A DNA stretch of 64,000 bases from a virus (IMGVR_UViG_2895548450_000001:1-64000), one strand, 5' to 3'; counted from the stretch's first letter, positions 19,901-29,416 are shown. The notes: generated by a model from the sequence alone, not told the origin. Numbers and translations: made by a program.

Positions 19901-22889
19901 CAAGCCTAGAGATTGTACTGCCTTTACCTTTCCCGCCGGTCAGCATATCCACGCCGCCCAGTAGTCCGGCCCCTAAGCGAAGAACGCTTCGTGTGGCCAG
20001 CACGCCGCCCAATATTGAAGCTGGTACCGCTAATGCGCTGAGAATAGGGCCGAGGTCTCGCACTACGGAAAGGAAGTCAGCGGTTTTCTCTGTTAGCTTG
20101 GTAATAGTATCGAGTAAAGGCTCCATCGACTCATAGACAATCGATTTACTGATTGAGCCTAAGCGGTCTAGCTGGTTAGCTAAAGCTTCCATTTGCGTGT
20201 CGTTCGCACGGGCCGCAGAGCCACCAATACGCATTTGTTCGCTTAAGTCTTCCGCTACGCTAATGTTGTTAGCAAAAGCTCCGTATGCAGATGCCGCACG
20301 TACTTCCATACTCTCCATAGCGTCACGAACGGTAAAGCCACTCTCGGCCAGTGTTTTCATTACTGGTATCAAACCATGAGTGGTAATATCGAGGTCCGAC
20401 ATTGAAAGCCCGAGGTTATGTACGATCTCGGTAAAAGACTCAGAAGGCTTCTGCAGGGAAATAATAATCTGTCTAAGACCGGTACCAAGTGTAGAACCCG
20501 CTCGAATACCTGAGTTAGCCATGGCGCCAAGAGCCGATACCGTTTCTTCAAACGTCACATTCGACTGGGCCGCAAGGTTACCTGAATACTGTAGGCCTAG
20601 CGCAAGCTTATCGAGGTTCAATTTAGAGCTGTTCACAGCCGTAGTCATTTTGTCTACGATGTTGATCATCTGCGAACTGTCTTTATTAAATACCCCTAAT
20701 GTGGAGGTCGCTAGGTCCACGGCACTTTTTAAGTCCGACCCAACCGCTGTAGCGAAGAGCGTAACGCCCTCTATCGCGTTTTGGATATCATTTTGACCTA
20801 GGCCAGCCTGACCGAGCGTAATGGCCGCATCCGCGACGTCTGTGGCTGTAAACTTGGTTTTCTCTGATACATCGATTAGATTTTTAGAAAGTTCTTCCAT
20901 TTCCTCATTGGTGAGGTTCACAATGGATTGTAATTGTTTGAACTGTCTATCTAACTCGGTTGAGAACGTAGCGGACGTTGCAAGGCCACCCACACCGGCA
21001 CCCATTACCGCATAGTTACGCAGCAATTGTCCTTGGTTTCTAAATAGCTGGGCTCCGCCATCTAAGCGCTGGTTAGTTCTTGCTTGCTGTATTTGCTCAA
21101 TACGTCGCGCTACGCGTTGTTGTTCTGTAACTTGAGGCTTAGCTTGAGGTGTTTTCTTTGAATCCCTCTGAGCTGCTGCAGCGCGTTTCGCTTCTTCGCC
21201 CAGTAGTTTTATCTGGGCCTTAGCTTCTTGCGTACTTTTCTTAAGCTCTTTTAGCGCTTGGCTACTTTCCTTTCGTAATCTCGGGTTAGTATCCTGAGAA
21301 TCCCTACGAGCTTTATCCGCAGCACTCTTTAAGACTTTGTTTTTGTCTATCTCATCTTGTAACTGAGATACCGATAAACCTTTAAACTGGGTACCTCTTA
21401 ACGGGGCTGTGTTTGCCACCGTAGGATCGAGATAGCGTGCGCGTTTGTTGTAATCCTCAAGTGTCGCGTTCTCTATCTTTTTACGTGCAATATTGCTTTG
21501 TTTGTTTTGTTCTGCCGAGGCCTTGGCCGACTCTTCAAACTTTTTAAGCTGTTTTTCTGCCGCCGCAATACCCGCATCCAGTTTTTGTAGCTGCTTTCTG
21601 AATTTTTCGGTACTGGAACTATCACCAAATTTTTGCGCTTCTTTAAGCGCATCAGAGGCCCCTTTTCTTAAGAGCTTTTGACTAGCCAATGCGGATTGAA
21701 GGTCTTTCTGAGAAAAGTCCCCTACAGCATTAGGATTTATCTGGTTGCGTCGTTTTACGGTTGGGTTAGCTTCGAATTGTTTTTTATAGAACGAGTCTAA
21801 GGACCCTACACGCTTCTCTGCTTGCTGGGCTTGTTTTTTCTCGGCCTGTGCCGCGGCCTTTGCCGCTTCCCTTAATTCGGTAAGTCGTTTGGTTACAGCT
21901 AAGGTACTTTGCTCTAATTTCTCAAGCGCTTTTCCCGCATCTGTTTCAAGACGCTTATTGCCTGAGTTGTACCCTTCCTTAAGTGCATTGTTCGCCGCTT
22001 TAGTAAGAACTTTATTACGCTCAACTTCTTTTTCTAGTTGAGTGATCCCTAATTTGTTTACTCTAGAGGGGTCTACAACTTTATCTCTATTACGCGCAAC
22101 AGTGGGGTTAAGGCGGAACTCTTGTTCTCTAAAGGACCCCAGGCTTTTAGTTTGGGCTTTTACTTGTGCGGATTGTGCGGCTTCCGCTCTCTTAGCTTGC
22201 TCCGTAAATTTAGCTAGCTGCTTGTCGGCGGCATCTAAACCCGATTGAAGAGACCTAAGGGTGTTTTGGGCTTGTTTCTCAAGTTTGGTGTCCCCGAGCC
22301 TAATCGCATCTTTTAACGCATCTTTAGCACCTTTCTGGTAAAGCTTTTGGGATGCGATAGATTGTTGAAGCTGGTCGGCAGACAACCCCTTAACATTAGA
22401 CTTATATAGCCTACCCGCTTTAGGGATTGTTGGGTTGTTGCGGAACTGAAGATTATAGTAATCCTCTAATTGCTTAGCTTGTTTCTTGGCTTGCGCTTGG
22501 GCCTGTTTAGTGAAGCGACCTGTAATTTCCCCAAAGGCTTGATTGAGCCCCTTCAATAGTTCTTGCTGTTGCTGAGGATTAAGACCCTTCCCAACGGTTA
22601 AGGCTATTTGGTCTAGAAGCGCACGCGCATTCTTTTGGTTTTCATTTAAGATTTTGCGCTGGGTATTTACTTCATTTTTAGCATTCTGGGCTAATTCAGA
22701 GCGACCTTGGGGCGTGTCTTTTATAGCCTTTATGTTTGCCTGAAGTTGTTGGCTTGCCGCTTGTGTGACACGCTCGAGCTTTTCGAATTCCCGAGTAAGT
22801 TCTTCAATTACCTTTTTTGATTTCGGGTCTACCGTAAAGTTAAGTAACGTACTTCTAATGGTGTTGCCTGATCCAGTGCTGCCGGCCAT
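16905..22889 (-). CDS. Tape measure protein
   Basis: ~1994 aa, helical; TP901-type core (FTATDVADAAITLGQAG, GIRAGSTLGTGLR); C-terminal VSRGEFVLRKAAVDAIG. Confidence 0.95.
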   Translation of the reverse strand: MAGSTGSGNTIRSTLLNFTVDPKSKKVIEELTREFEKLERVTQAASQQLQANIKAIKDTPQGRSELAQNAKNEVNTQRKILNENQKNARALLDQIALTVGKGLNPQQQQELLKGLNQAFGEITGRFTKQAQAQAKKQAKQLEDYYNLQFRNNPTIPKAGRLYKSNVKGLSADQLQQSIASQKLYQKGAKDALKDAIRLGDTKLEKQAQNTLRSLQSGLDAADKQLAKFTEQAKRAEAAQSAQVKAQTKSLGSFREQEFRLNPTVARNRDKVVDPSRVNKLGITQLEKEVERNKVLTKAANNALKEGYNSGNKRLETDAGKALEKLEQSTLAVTKRLTELREAAKAAAQAEKKQAQQAEKRVGSLDSFYKKQFEANPTVKRRNQINPNAVGDFSQKDLQSALASQKLLRKGASDALKEAQKFGDSSSTEKFRKQLQKLDAGIAAAEKQLKKFEESAKASAEQNKQSNIARKKIENATLEDYNKRARYLDPTVANTAPLRGTQFKGLSVSQLQDEIDKNKVLKSAADKARRDSQDTNPRLRKESSQALKELKKSTQEAKAQIKLLGEEAKRAAAAQRDSKKTPQAKPQVTEQQRVARRIEQIQQARTNQRLDGGAQLFRNQGQLLRNYAVMGAGVGGLATSATFSTELDRQFKQLQSIVNLTNEEMEELSKNLIDVSEKTKFTATDVADAAITLGQAGLGQNDIQNAIEGVTLFATAVGSDLKSAVDLATSTLGVFNKDSSQMINIVDKMTTAVNSSKLNLDKLALGLQYSGNLAAQSNVTFEETVSALGAMANSGIRAGSTLGTGLRQIIISLQKPSESFTEIVHNLGLSMSDLDITTHGLIPVMKTLAESGFTVRDAMESMEVRAASAYGAFANNISVAEDLSEQMRIGGSAARANDTQMEALANQLDRLGSISKSIVYESMEPLLDTITKLTEKTADFLSVVRDLGPILSALAVPASILGGVLATRSVLRLGAGLLGGVDMLTGGKGKGSTISRLAKVASSRGLGTAAGFAARAIPGVGLATAVGTAGVYGYQYLDGRARANDRVDSTQAALNRGSSETKVYEDQLKKVGSAIDTLILKQNDLTDNKSLQREIRRLNDEFRQQGLYIDDSIDSYDKLITKMKEFEDATRDGVGYLQTQNRNNFVDNSQAKLDELFSIGFFDSSERKLLANEGNPNVSVGSGKTATSRGRFASRGNVYRSLIDTALPNFGDDLARINELIRNIKPSETGAFGRAQEARTQTQELQSQLFNILNQSPQELDNLMEQFGLSGEARDKAEEYINNLATEMLNRANTLLQVEKNQEQYDSLDPELKKEERRIAAIVLKNRRELLNDIAETSEEINALTEKNTSYETSDYLGTFKDINTLVREQIQGLLEDEKNALAELEAEGVANPRLVLQEQGYYQAAGEARGKLERSLQSAAKDARPDANLYYPARLAELDKEIDVLRDQLRQVTDRDKSDEVKAKLKEINLERERVANEQDTLFAAIDGNSPVSVAQRDRELNARVTLGNQQFDTIQAKTFARSRLERSIGEQKDLDVRDFKLLGDDDELSRLLSDVIGEERAEINNQLSKARQNAETLRNNAGDIRYDSQRYLNIASNTGYTDETRERAAGIANELESQAVQLEKEALALEEQAVKQAKESLMDFAEYLQTTIIDNEALTDGRSKAKTRKSVEDLETQNISLDGDLKDLSQATKEADRGLIEFRDQMGDTVRRINQSVYESDEFRRTQAAIYGTSYSPTGEQGVDENYGGQGGKTLGSQLSNAGAYVVDEVNKGYENFDMLTQMTNEAISAAQGLGDAFGATFADIITGAAESEDAFRALGVSILTEMANIATRALANQLIMSLFSGLGLMGGGMGGFFGGGMFTGGPVIAGSYKTGGLITSGMSTRDSTYAKVSRGEFVLRKAAVDAIGLETVKALNSADPNSVSDKEMMTSSAAQAAAATNSEDSGTVNVYVVSEKQLPPMGPNDVKAVIGDDIAREGELASLIASVAMRTR

Positions 22890-22908
22890 CGTCAATTTCC
22901 CCTAATTG

Positions 22909-23280
22909 TTACCCAAAAACGGCTCTTGCTCGGGCCTCAGCTTCTATTTCATCTTTTGGTACCGTGCTCGTAGTTTTGCGTCTGGGTGTGCCTGAACCAC
23001 TTTCTTTTTTCCCGAAGATAGTCCCAGCGGCATTTAATAACGTCACATACTCTTGAGTCATTGTGACAGTCTTTAAGCCAAGCATAAGCTTGGTTTTAAC
23101 CTTTATATCTTGGTTACTGTAGGACCAAAATATCTTTTGAAGCTGACTTGGTACGGTCTCAAAAACAAAGCACAACTGTTCTTCGAAAGACAGCTTTAGG
23201 TACCAAGTGTTGAAGACCTCTAAATGGTCTGCTTCTTTTTCATCCTTTGCTTGGCCCGTTGGAGAGCCTTCATAAAAAAA
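22909..23280 (-). CDS. Tail assembly chaperone, frameshifted extension (GT-like)
   Basis: The -1 frame is open from the T7 run at 23274-23280 to the stop at 22909. Confidence 0.7.
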   Translation of the reverse strand, partial: FFYEGSPTGQAKDEKEADHLEVFNTWYLKLSFEEQLCFVFETVPSQLQKIFWSYSNQDIKVKTKLMLGLKTVTMTQEYVTLLNAAGTIFGKKESGSGTPRRKTTSTVPKDEIEAEARARAVFG

Positions 23281-23567
23281 TTCTCAACGTGCTCCGCTAC
23301 CCATTCTAACAAGTCGAGAACTTCATCGTGGTCAACGACCATTTTTGTCGTATCAAAGTTCTTAGTGATACGACCATTCTCATTTCTTTCAGAAAGTAAT
23401 TCCGTAATGATGCTGTTGCGAATTTCGGGGTTTAATAGGATTTGGTCTAGCTCTTCAGCGCTTCGGAAATACCCCGTGATAGTGTTTAATAGCGCAAAGC
23501 TCATAAAGACTTCTTTATCTTCATCATTAACGCGTAGATTAAATCTTGTGGCGGGATTATCGCTCAT
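23220..23567 (-). CDS. Tail assembly chaperone (G-like)
   Basis: Between tail tube and tape measure genes; contains slippery T TTT TTT. Confidence 0.75.
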   Translation of the reverse strand: MSDNPATRFNLRVNDEDKEVFMSFALLNTITGYFRSAEELDQILLNPEIRNSIITELLSERNENGRITKNFDTTKMVVDHDEVLDLLEWVAEHVENFFMKALQRAKQRMKKKQTI

Positions 23568-23581
23568 CGTCAACTTCCTTT

Positions 23582-23605
23582 AAAAAAGGCCTCCGAAGAG
23601 GCCTT
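23582..23605 (-). terminator. Intrinsic terminator after the major tail gene
   Basis: AAGGCCTC-TTCG-GAGGCCTT followed by a T run. Confidence 0.8.
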
Positions 23606-23631
23606 CTAACCAGTTTTTAAACGCTTACAGT

Positions 23632-24462
23632 TTACGCTAGTTCACTTTTCACTGAATCATGAACGAGTTTACCTGACGTACCTTTAAATGGTGCGTAGTA
23701 AGTATCCGAAGGAGTAACTTTAAGTGGAGTAAACTCGAACGGCGTATTACCAAAGTTATCGGTACCAAACGCCATAGTAAGACCTGAAGATACACGCATC
23801 TTAGGAATAAGAAGTGTGATCCACTTACCATTAGCTAACTGGCCTTGAACCTTCGCCGCGAAATCACGGTCAACATCCGTAGAACCTACATCAAGTACCG
23901 TAACGATAGACACATACGAACCCGCCGGAACCGACCATGCCATAGTGCTGTCTGGAACTTCCACTTCGATAGTAGCGGAGGTAGCGGTACCTGAAGTTAG
24001 GCCTGAGATTGTTTTTACCGTACCCAAAACAATATTTTCAGAAATAGGGTCGCGAACACTAACCCAACTTCCAACTTCAATATTTTGTCCCAGACCGTCA
24101 TTCAGGTCGAGAGACACCGTTCCGGCTGAAAACGACGCAGTAGTCTTAACAACATGAGCGTCACCTTCAGGAGATACTAACTCACCACCGTCTAGGCCCA
24201 ACGCATACGCAAGGTTCTTTTCAGTGTACTCGTACATTTCGAACGTGCCTCGGGTCGTGGCACCGGTTGTTAGCGTGAAAACAACGTCGTTAGTTCTACC
24301 TTGGGTAAGGTCCGAACGTTCCTTCGTTGCTTCGATTGTGAAATTCTTAACTAGGCCCACAGAATGTTCTTCTGGGTTAAGTTTATAGAGGTCTTCTGGG
24401 TTACCAATCATTACAGTGGCAGTACCCAACATAAAATCAGTTGTTTTAGCTTCACCAGCCAT
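23632..24462 (-). CDS. Major tail tube protein
   Basis: Size, synteny, beta-rich with C-terminal FGNTPFEFTPL; followed by a terminator. Confidence 0.8.
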   Translation of the reverse strand: MAGEAKTTDFMLGTATVMIGNPEDLYKLNPEEHSVGLVKNFTIEATKERSDLTQGRTNDVVFTLTTGATTRGTFEMYEYTEKNLAYALGLDGGELVSPEGDAHVVKTTASFSAGTVSLDLNDGLGQNIEVGSWVSVRDPISENIVLGTVKTISGLTSGTATSATIEVEVPDSTMAWSVPAGSYVSIVTVLDVGSTDVDRDFAAKVQGQLANGKWITLLIPKMRVSSGLTMAFGTDNFGNTPFEFTPLKVTPSDTYYAPFKGTSGKLVHDSVKSELA

Positions 24463-24517
24463 CGTCAATCTCCAAATTTTAGGTTATTATTGATACCTTG
24501 CTGAAGGAGGATGAAGC

Positions 24518-24859
24518 ATGGCAAACTTAACACCAATTTCAATCATCACACCAACGAACATTTTTGCAACCGTCTCGAGGTCCCAAATTGAAGGAAACTC
24601 AGATGCGGATAAGTTACGTTGCCTATTAGACCACTTTTTACGCAACAACTTAAGCCCTATCGATATGAGAACGGTACCTAAATCGGCATCATCAAAAAGC
24701 TTTACTTTAAGACTCCCCAAAAAGGTTCTGAATCGTCTTGACCAGTATTGCCAGAGAACACTATACACCCGTCAACAAGCTTTTCAAATTGCCGTTTGTA
24801 CCAGCTTAAAATCTTTAGGGGTAAATTACTTCGTTCTTCCGTCTAAAGCGGCGGCCTGA
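24518..24859 (+). CDS. Ribbon-helix-helix DNA-binding protein (putative)
   Basis: Strong AAGGAGG RBS; SKSFTLRLPKKVLNRLDQYCQRTLYTRQQAFQIAV fits the Arc/CopG pattern. Confidence 0.65.
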   Translation: MANLTPISIITPTNIFATVSRSQIEGNSDADKLRCLLDHFLRNNLSPIDMRTVPKSASSKSFTLRLPKKVLNRLDQYCQRTLYTRQQAFQIAVCTSLKSLGVNYFVLPSKAAA

Positions 24860-25284
24860 AATACGACGGATTGAAAAACCCGCCCCTTCTTTCCGTCTTG
24901 AACGGGAAGAATTTGGGACATTCTCACGCATTTTATTTCCCCGATTCGATTACCCGTCCCTTCATCAAACAATGTAAGGGACTTATCGGGTCGGACACAC
25001 TCATAAATATGATCTACAACTTTAGTTAGACGCATATTATTTACGTCTGATACCGTGCTTATGGTTACAGCTACCGACATTGAATCTAAGGGACTCGAAT
25101 CGGAAGCGGACTGTAAGGCTAAATCCTCTATCCCAATAAAGTCCCCCGCTGGTAACTCATCTTCATTTGAAAAGGCATCGAGGTTAAGACTCTCGAAGTC
25201 TTTGCCTGTAAGCGTTCGCATAAGCTTAGCGTTGTCGCTGCAGAACCTAAGAAGAGAAGCTTGGATATTTATGTACTGGGCCAC
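24826..25284 (-). CDS. Tail terminator-like protein
   Basis: Size and position upstream of the tail tube gene. Confidence 0.5.
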   Translation of the reverse strand: MAQYINIQASLLRFCSDNAKLMRTLTGKDFESLNLDAFSNEDELPAGDFIGIEDLALQSASDSSPLDSMSVAVTISTVSDVNNMRLTKVVDHIYECVRPDKSLTLFDEGTGNRIGEIKCVRMSQILPVQDGKKGRVFQSVVFQAAALDGRTK

Positions 25285-26192
25285 TAGAGAACACCTTCTT
25301 TTTGTAAGAAATTAGTCAGCGAGTCTTTGCCATTGCTTGATAGCAATGCGCCGAAATAAGGTAATAGGATTGCGTGTTTGTGTTTGTGTAAATGACCTAT
25401 CTTCTTTTGGTCTCTCTCCCCAATAATCCCAACCTCTTTGAGTAAGTCCGCAAGATCATCGTAACTCGAATTAGCACCCGAGAAACTATTGAGCTTGGAA
25501 AGAAAACTGACGTTGATACCCGCACTGGCCAACCCTTCAACTAACGCACGCTGAATAGATATCTGGCCTCTTCGTCCTTCTACTGAAACTCTATTATTAG
25601 CCCCGACTCTAGCCCCTGAGTTAGCTTTTACCGCCCCTTGTCTCAAGTAGTGGTTTACTGCAGGAATAACAGCGTCCTTCCAAGATACATATTCCTTGGT
25701 TCTCGGGTTATAAGGTTTACCCGTCCATTTTGAGAAAACGAGCCCTGGCTTTAAGGCATTAGAGCCCGAGGCTACTGAAGATAAAGAAAGGCCCCCTAAA
25801 CCCGTATAAAGTTTAGCACCCACATCCGAATCGTCCCCTAAGTCAGTTAGCAAATCCAACAAAGACGTTTTTCCCTGACTACGGCTTAAACCTCTAAATA
25901 GTCGAGGTTCCTGAGTTAAAGGCTTTAAACCTAATCCACGGTTTTTTCTTATTTGCCAATTAGACGTAATACGTTTGGTCGTTCCGCTGTAACCAAAGGC
26001 ATTTGGCGCGTAGTTTACGACTTCAGCCTTTACCGACATTCTACGAATTAAACCCGCAAGCGAGTTAAAAAAATTATTTAGAAACGCTACCGTCGCGGTC
26101 TCAATCTCACTTCTTACAAATGCGGTCTCGCCATCTGTTAGCCCCGTAACAAGGGCCTCAAACTGGGCTTGGAAGTCTGCGGTAACTGACAC
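25284..26192 (-). CDS. Neck/tail completion protein (putative)
   Basis: Synteny only. Confidence 0.45.
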   Translation of the reverse strand: MSVTADFQAQFEALVTGLTDGETAFVRSEIETATVAFLNNFFNSLAGLIRRMSVKAEVVNYAPNAFGYSGTTKRITSNWQIRKNRGLGLKPLTQEPRLFRGLSRSQGKTSLLDLLTDLGDDSDVGAKLYTGLGGLSLSSVASGSNALKPGLVFSKWTGKPYNPRTKEYVSWKDAVIPAVNHYLRQGAVKANSGARVGANNRVSVEGRRGQISIQRALVEGLASAGINVSFLSKLNSFSGANSSYDDLADLLKEVGIIGERDQKKIGHLHKHKHAILLPYFGALLSSNGKDSLTNFLQKEGVL

Positions 26193-26194
26193 GG

Positions 26195-26674
26195 TTATAG
26201 CTCCACACGGTAGATACCTGAGACGATTGTAATTTTGCTAATAGCGCGACCATTAACCTTTGCATTCTTAGGTATTTCGACACCGAAATAAAATACCTCT
26301 TGGGAGACGCTGAGACCTTTTATCTCTGTGGGGGTTTCAATCTCCTGAACACAATCCAGCATTTCCGTTTCAGGAGAAAAGCCATTGGTTTCTAGCCCCG
26401 TTACTGGATGGCGAACTCTAACGTTATAGGTAACTTCCGCTTGGCCATTGATAGCCAAACCTAAAAAAACGTTATTTAGTCCGTAAGCATGGTGTTCGGC
26501 CAGTAGAAACGCACTACGTTTTCTTCGAATAATATCCCCAGCTTTAACACGGAAACGTTTGGGGATATGAACCAAAACCCTAACGGGTACCAAGCTGCGA
26601 AAACTTTCGCTCGGTTGAGTCGTCCGTGCAACAAGCCTAAGATTACCCGTGGTATATCCTGTAAAAACGTTCAT
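26195..26674 (-). CDS. Head closure protein (putative)
   Basis: Synteny; beta-rich; coupled to the upstream gene. Confidence 0.45.
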   Translation of the reverse strand: MNVFTGYTTGNLRLVARTTQPSESFRSLVPVRVLVHIPKRFRVKAGDIIRRKRSAFLLAEHHAYGLNNVFLGLAINGQAEVTYNVRVRHPVTGLETNGFSPETEMLDCVQEIETPTEIKGLSVSQEVFYFGVEIPKNAKVNGRAISKITIVSGIYRVEL

Positions 26675-27357
26675 GCGTCTTCACCTGTGAAGGGGTCTGT
26701 TCGGCTAATAAATTCCAGTAGTGGGTCTTGTGGGAAATCCTCCACGGCGTCAAACGTGAGTTTGTGCGCCCAATACTGGGAGGTAATAGAGTCCTGCACG
26801 GCTTTTATATCTATGTTTGAGAGTCGGGACTTTTTAGTGTCGTCTATTTCATTCGACTTTAACGTTTTCAGTCCTAACGCAGGAAGGTGTCGCACGGCTT
26901 CATGTAGCAAAATTAGCTTGTTGACACGAGCATTCGTGTCCTCAAGTAGCTCAAGGCCTATTTCATCTACCAGCTCATTAAACGAGTAGAGGAAATCAAT
27001 CTCGGTGTCGGGTAACTCTTCCTCATATAACCCTAGTAGATTTCTAAGATTAGCTGGGGTCGAGGTGATCATAAAGTCATTGTGAACCCGAACGATATCG
27101 GTATAGATACGTTGACGGTTCTCACTGGTAAACTTCACGGTTAGCTTAAAAAAGCTCAAGATATCACCGCTGCTGACATTCAGGATATCTTGAGGGATGC
27201 TATAGTCAGCATCAAAAGGAACATTCATAGAATGCACCTCAACGCCCTCATGGTCCTTGAGGGAGACACTTACGGTCCCAAAGTCCGGCACATAGGTATA
27301 ATCACCTATATGAAACTCTGTCAGCATTAACATTTCGTTATTTGGGACACTTAACAT
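26671..27357 (-). CDS. Head-tail adaptor (putative)
   Basis: Synteny; LRNLLGLYEEELPD resembles adaptor helices. Confidence 0.5.
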   Translation of the reverse strand: MLSVPNNEMLMLTEFHIGDYTYVPDFGTVSVSLKDHEGVEVHSMNVPFDADYSIPQDILNVSSGDILSFFKLTVKFTSENRQRIYTDIVRVHNDFMITSTPANLRNLLGLYEEELPDTEIDFLYSFNELVDEIGLELLEDTNARVNKLILLHEAVRHLPALGLKTLKSNEIDDTKKSRLSNIDIKAVQDSITSQYWAHKLTFDAVEDFPQDPLLEFISRTDPFTGEDA

Positions 27358-27366
27358 TGTTGTTCC

Positions 27367-27723
27367 TTAAGACTTCGCTTTAGTCGTGCGAGTCGTTGTT
27401 TTCTTTGGCGCCGGAGCTTCAGACTCGGGTTCCTTCTCTGGGTCCTTCTCACCCTCGCCAGTTTCTTCCACACCCTCAAGGCTTAACTTGAAGTTCTCAA
27501 GTGCGGTTTCCCAGTCACCATCGTGTGAATCCAAGAACTTCTTAAACTCTTCATCCGTGGCGTTATCTGGCAAGTCGTTATCCAGCACTTTTACTTGCTG
27601 CTGTGAGACGAACTGGTCTACTTCCGTGCAATGGCCAATTACTGAAGGGCGAAACGCTTCAATAGTTCCGAAACGCGTCATTAGCATAAAAGCTTTAGTG
27701 GTTTTAGCTAAAATCATTTTCAT
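27367..27723 (-). CDS. Hypothetical head-region protein
   Basis: GGAG RBS; after capsid; low-complexity C-terminus. Confidence 0.6.
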   Translation of the reverse strand: MKMILAKTTKAFMLMTRFGTIEAFRPSVIGHCTEVDQFVSQQQVKVLDNDLPDNATDEEFKKFLDSHDGDWETALENFKLSLEGVEETGEGEKDPEKEPESEAPAPKKTTTRTTKAKS

Positions 27724-27737
27724 TGGTATTCTCCAAC

Positions 27738-27760
27738 TAGCCCCCTTAAAAAGGGGGCTA
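27738..27760 (-). terminator. Stem-loop after the major capsid gene
   Basis: TAGCCCCCTT/AAGGGGGCTA inverted repeat; weak U tail. Confidence 0.55.
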
Positions 27761-27767
27761 TCTTTGG

Positions 27768-28970
27768 TTAGGCCGCAGTATCGAAGATTACGCGAGTATC
27801 ACCGTAAACTAGGCGATAGCCTGAGTTCTCAGTTTTCACATACGTAATTGACTGGTTCTTAATTGCTGTCTCAGACTCAGACAGTACAGAACCCGCTTCG
27901 ATAAGTTCTTCCAGCGTGTCAGCCTTCGAATAACAAATCAGCTTACCGGCTGGGGCTGAGCTTGAAATATGGAAGTTAACACCGCTTAAGAAGTCCATGG
28001 CCAGAGCCACACGAGGACCACCGTTCTCCTGAAGAATTTCAGAGGTAGACTTACCGTTAGGCTGAGTTGGTAAGAACATTAGGAACAGTTCTAACCACAT
28101 ATCGTAGTTACCTACGATAGTATCAACCGGTACACCTTTACGCGCACGCTGGGCCAAGAAGTCAGCCAGAGCAACGTAGTTACCTTTAAGACCTTTAGCC
28201 GCATCCCAGTCTTTATAGCTTGAGGCTGCGACCACTTCTGCCGCTTCGTGAACACCATCACCATTGATCAATAGCGAGGTAGCCATCTTCACTTTGCTGA
28301 TTTCTTTGTTACGCGCAATACGGGCCGCATATGGCGTAAGAATATCTAGGCTCACACGACGTTCGAATTCGTATGAGGTACGGATACCAGAACCATGCTT
28401 GAAGAACTTAACCGACTTATCAGAGCTTTTGATAGTCTGCATCGGAATGTTGGCAAGTTCCGCGATAGGCGAAGTATTTAGCTGGCCTTGGTCGTCAAAA
28501 ATTGCGGTGGTAATAAGCTCGTTACCAGTGATAGTACGTGTCTGTGCCACCATAGGGGCCGTTGATTCGTACATATCTTGGCGCGTATTCCACTGAAGCA
28601 TATCGTCGATAACTTCAGGGAAAAGTGCGCGAGAGCCTGGGCGAGCACTGAAAGTGTCCGCTGCCGCTTGAAGGGTAATACCTTGCTCAAACGCGTTTTT
28701 GAACGGTAGGTTCAACTCTACGATAGCGGCTTGGTAGCCGGTCATAAAGTTACCGTTTTCCAAACGGAAGTTTTTACCCGACTCAGCATCATTTGACGCA
28801 CGAACGTCAACCGCTAAGTTTAGGTAATCACGAACATTAATACCGTATTGTTTTGCTGCTTGAACCAGCTTTACGCCAGCGCGAATTGAATCGTCGCTGT
28901 GTTCACTATCGATACCCGCTAGAACTACTTTAAGCGGGGCTCGTTTGATCTGACTAAGATTTGTTTGCAT
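27768..28970 (-). CDS. Major capsid protein
   Basis: ~400 aa after protease and decoration genes; HK97-like (IAELANIP, KFFKHGSGIRTSYEF, LLINGDG). Confidence 0.88.
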   Translation of the reverse strand: MQTNLSQIKRAPLKVVLAGIDSEHSDDSIRAGVKLVQAAKQYGINVRDYLNLAVDVRASNDAESGKNFRLENGNFMTGYQAAIVELNLPFKNAFEQGITLQAAADTFSARPGSRALFPEVIDDMLQWNTRQDMYESTAPMVAQTRTITGNELITTAIFDDQGQLNTSPIAELANIPMQTIKSSDKSVKFFKHGSGIRTSYEFERRVSLDILTPYAARIARNKEISKVKMATSLLINGDGVHEAAEVVAASSYKDWDAAKGLKGNYVALADFLAQRARKGVPVDTIVGNYDMWLELFLMFLPTQPNGKSTSEILQENGGPRVALAMDFLSGVNFHISSSAPAGKLICYSKADTLEELIEAGSVLSESETAIKNQSITYVKTENSGYRLVYGDTRVIFDTAA

Positions 28971-29012
28971 CGTCAATCTCCAAATTTTTATTTGCGGTGC
29001 GAATCTTCCGAA

Positions 29013-29405
29013 TTAACGGAAGATTACAGATACCAAGTTGTTTGTGGTATCAACGGCAGTAACAACCACGTTGCGACCTAGGCCAGCTCCGGCAACTTTT
29101 ACCTTACCATCACCGTTTGATACTACGTGGCCACCCACCGTTGGAGCGGTACCCGCGTATTCAAACTCGGCGCACATATGCCATGAGACCGCGCCCATTT
29201 TTACGTTTTCAACTTCGCGGTCTTCGTATGACTCTAGGTAGCCGATGATCTCAGCATCCGCAGAACCAAAACCCACCTCAAAGTTACCTGTGATACACAC
29301 AGGTTTACCAACGTCCGCAAAACCCGTGATTGACGCATCTAGATAGAATGATGCTGCCGCGGATTCAGTGCGGATACCCTTATGTTGTAAATCGCCAATT
29401 TGCAT
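29013..29405 (-). CDS. Capsid decoration/cement protein
   Basis: 130 aa, beta-rich, between scaffold and capsid. Confidence 0.65.
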   Translation of the reverse strand: MQIGDLQHKGIRTESAAASFYLDASITGFADVGKPVCITGNFEVGFGSADAEIIGYLESYEDREVENVKMGAVSWHMCAEFEYAGTAPTVGGHVVSNGDGKVKVAGAGLGRNVVVTAVDTTNNLVSVIFR

Positions 29406-29416
29406 GACTCTTCCCC

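Noticed and set aside
17900-22250. Many plus-strand ORFs opposite the tape measure and other long genes
   Set aside because: Antisense shadows without RBS or recognisable domains.
28968-28980. TTGACG in the motif as a sigma70 -35 box
   Set aside because: It abuts start codons, has no -10 at 17 nt, and occurs in coupled gene overlaps.
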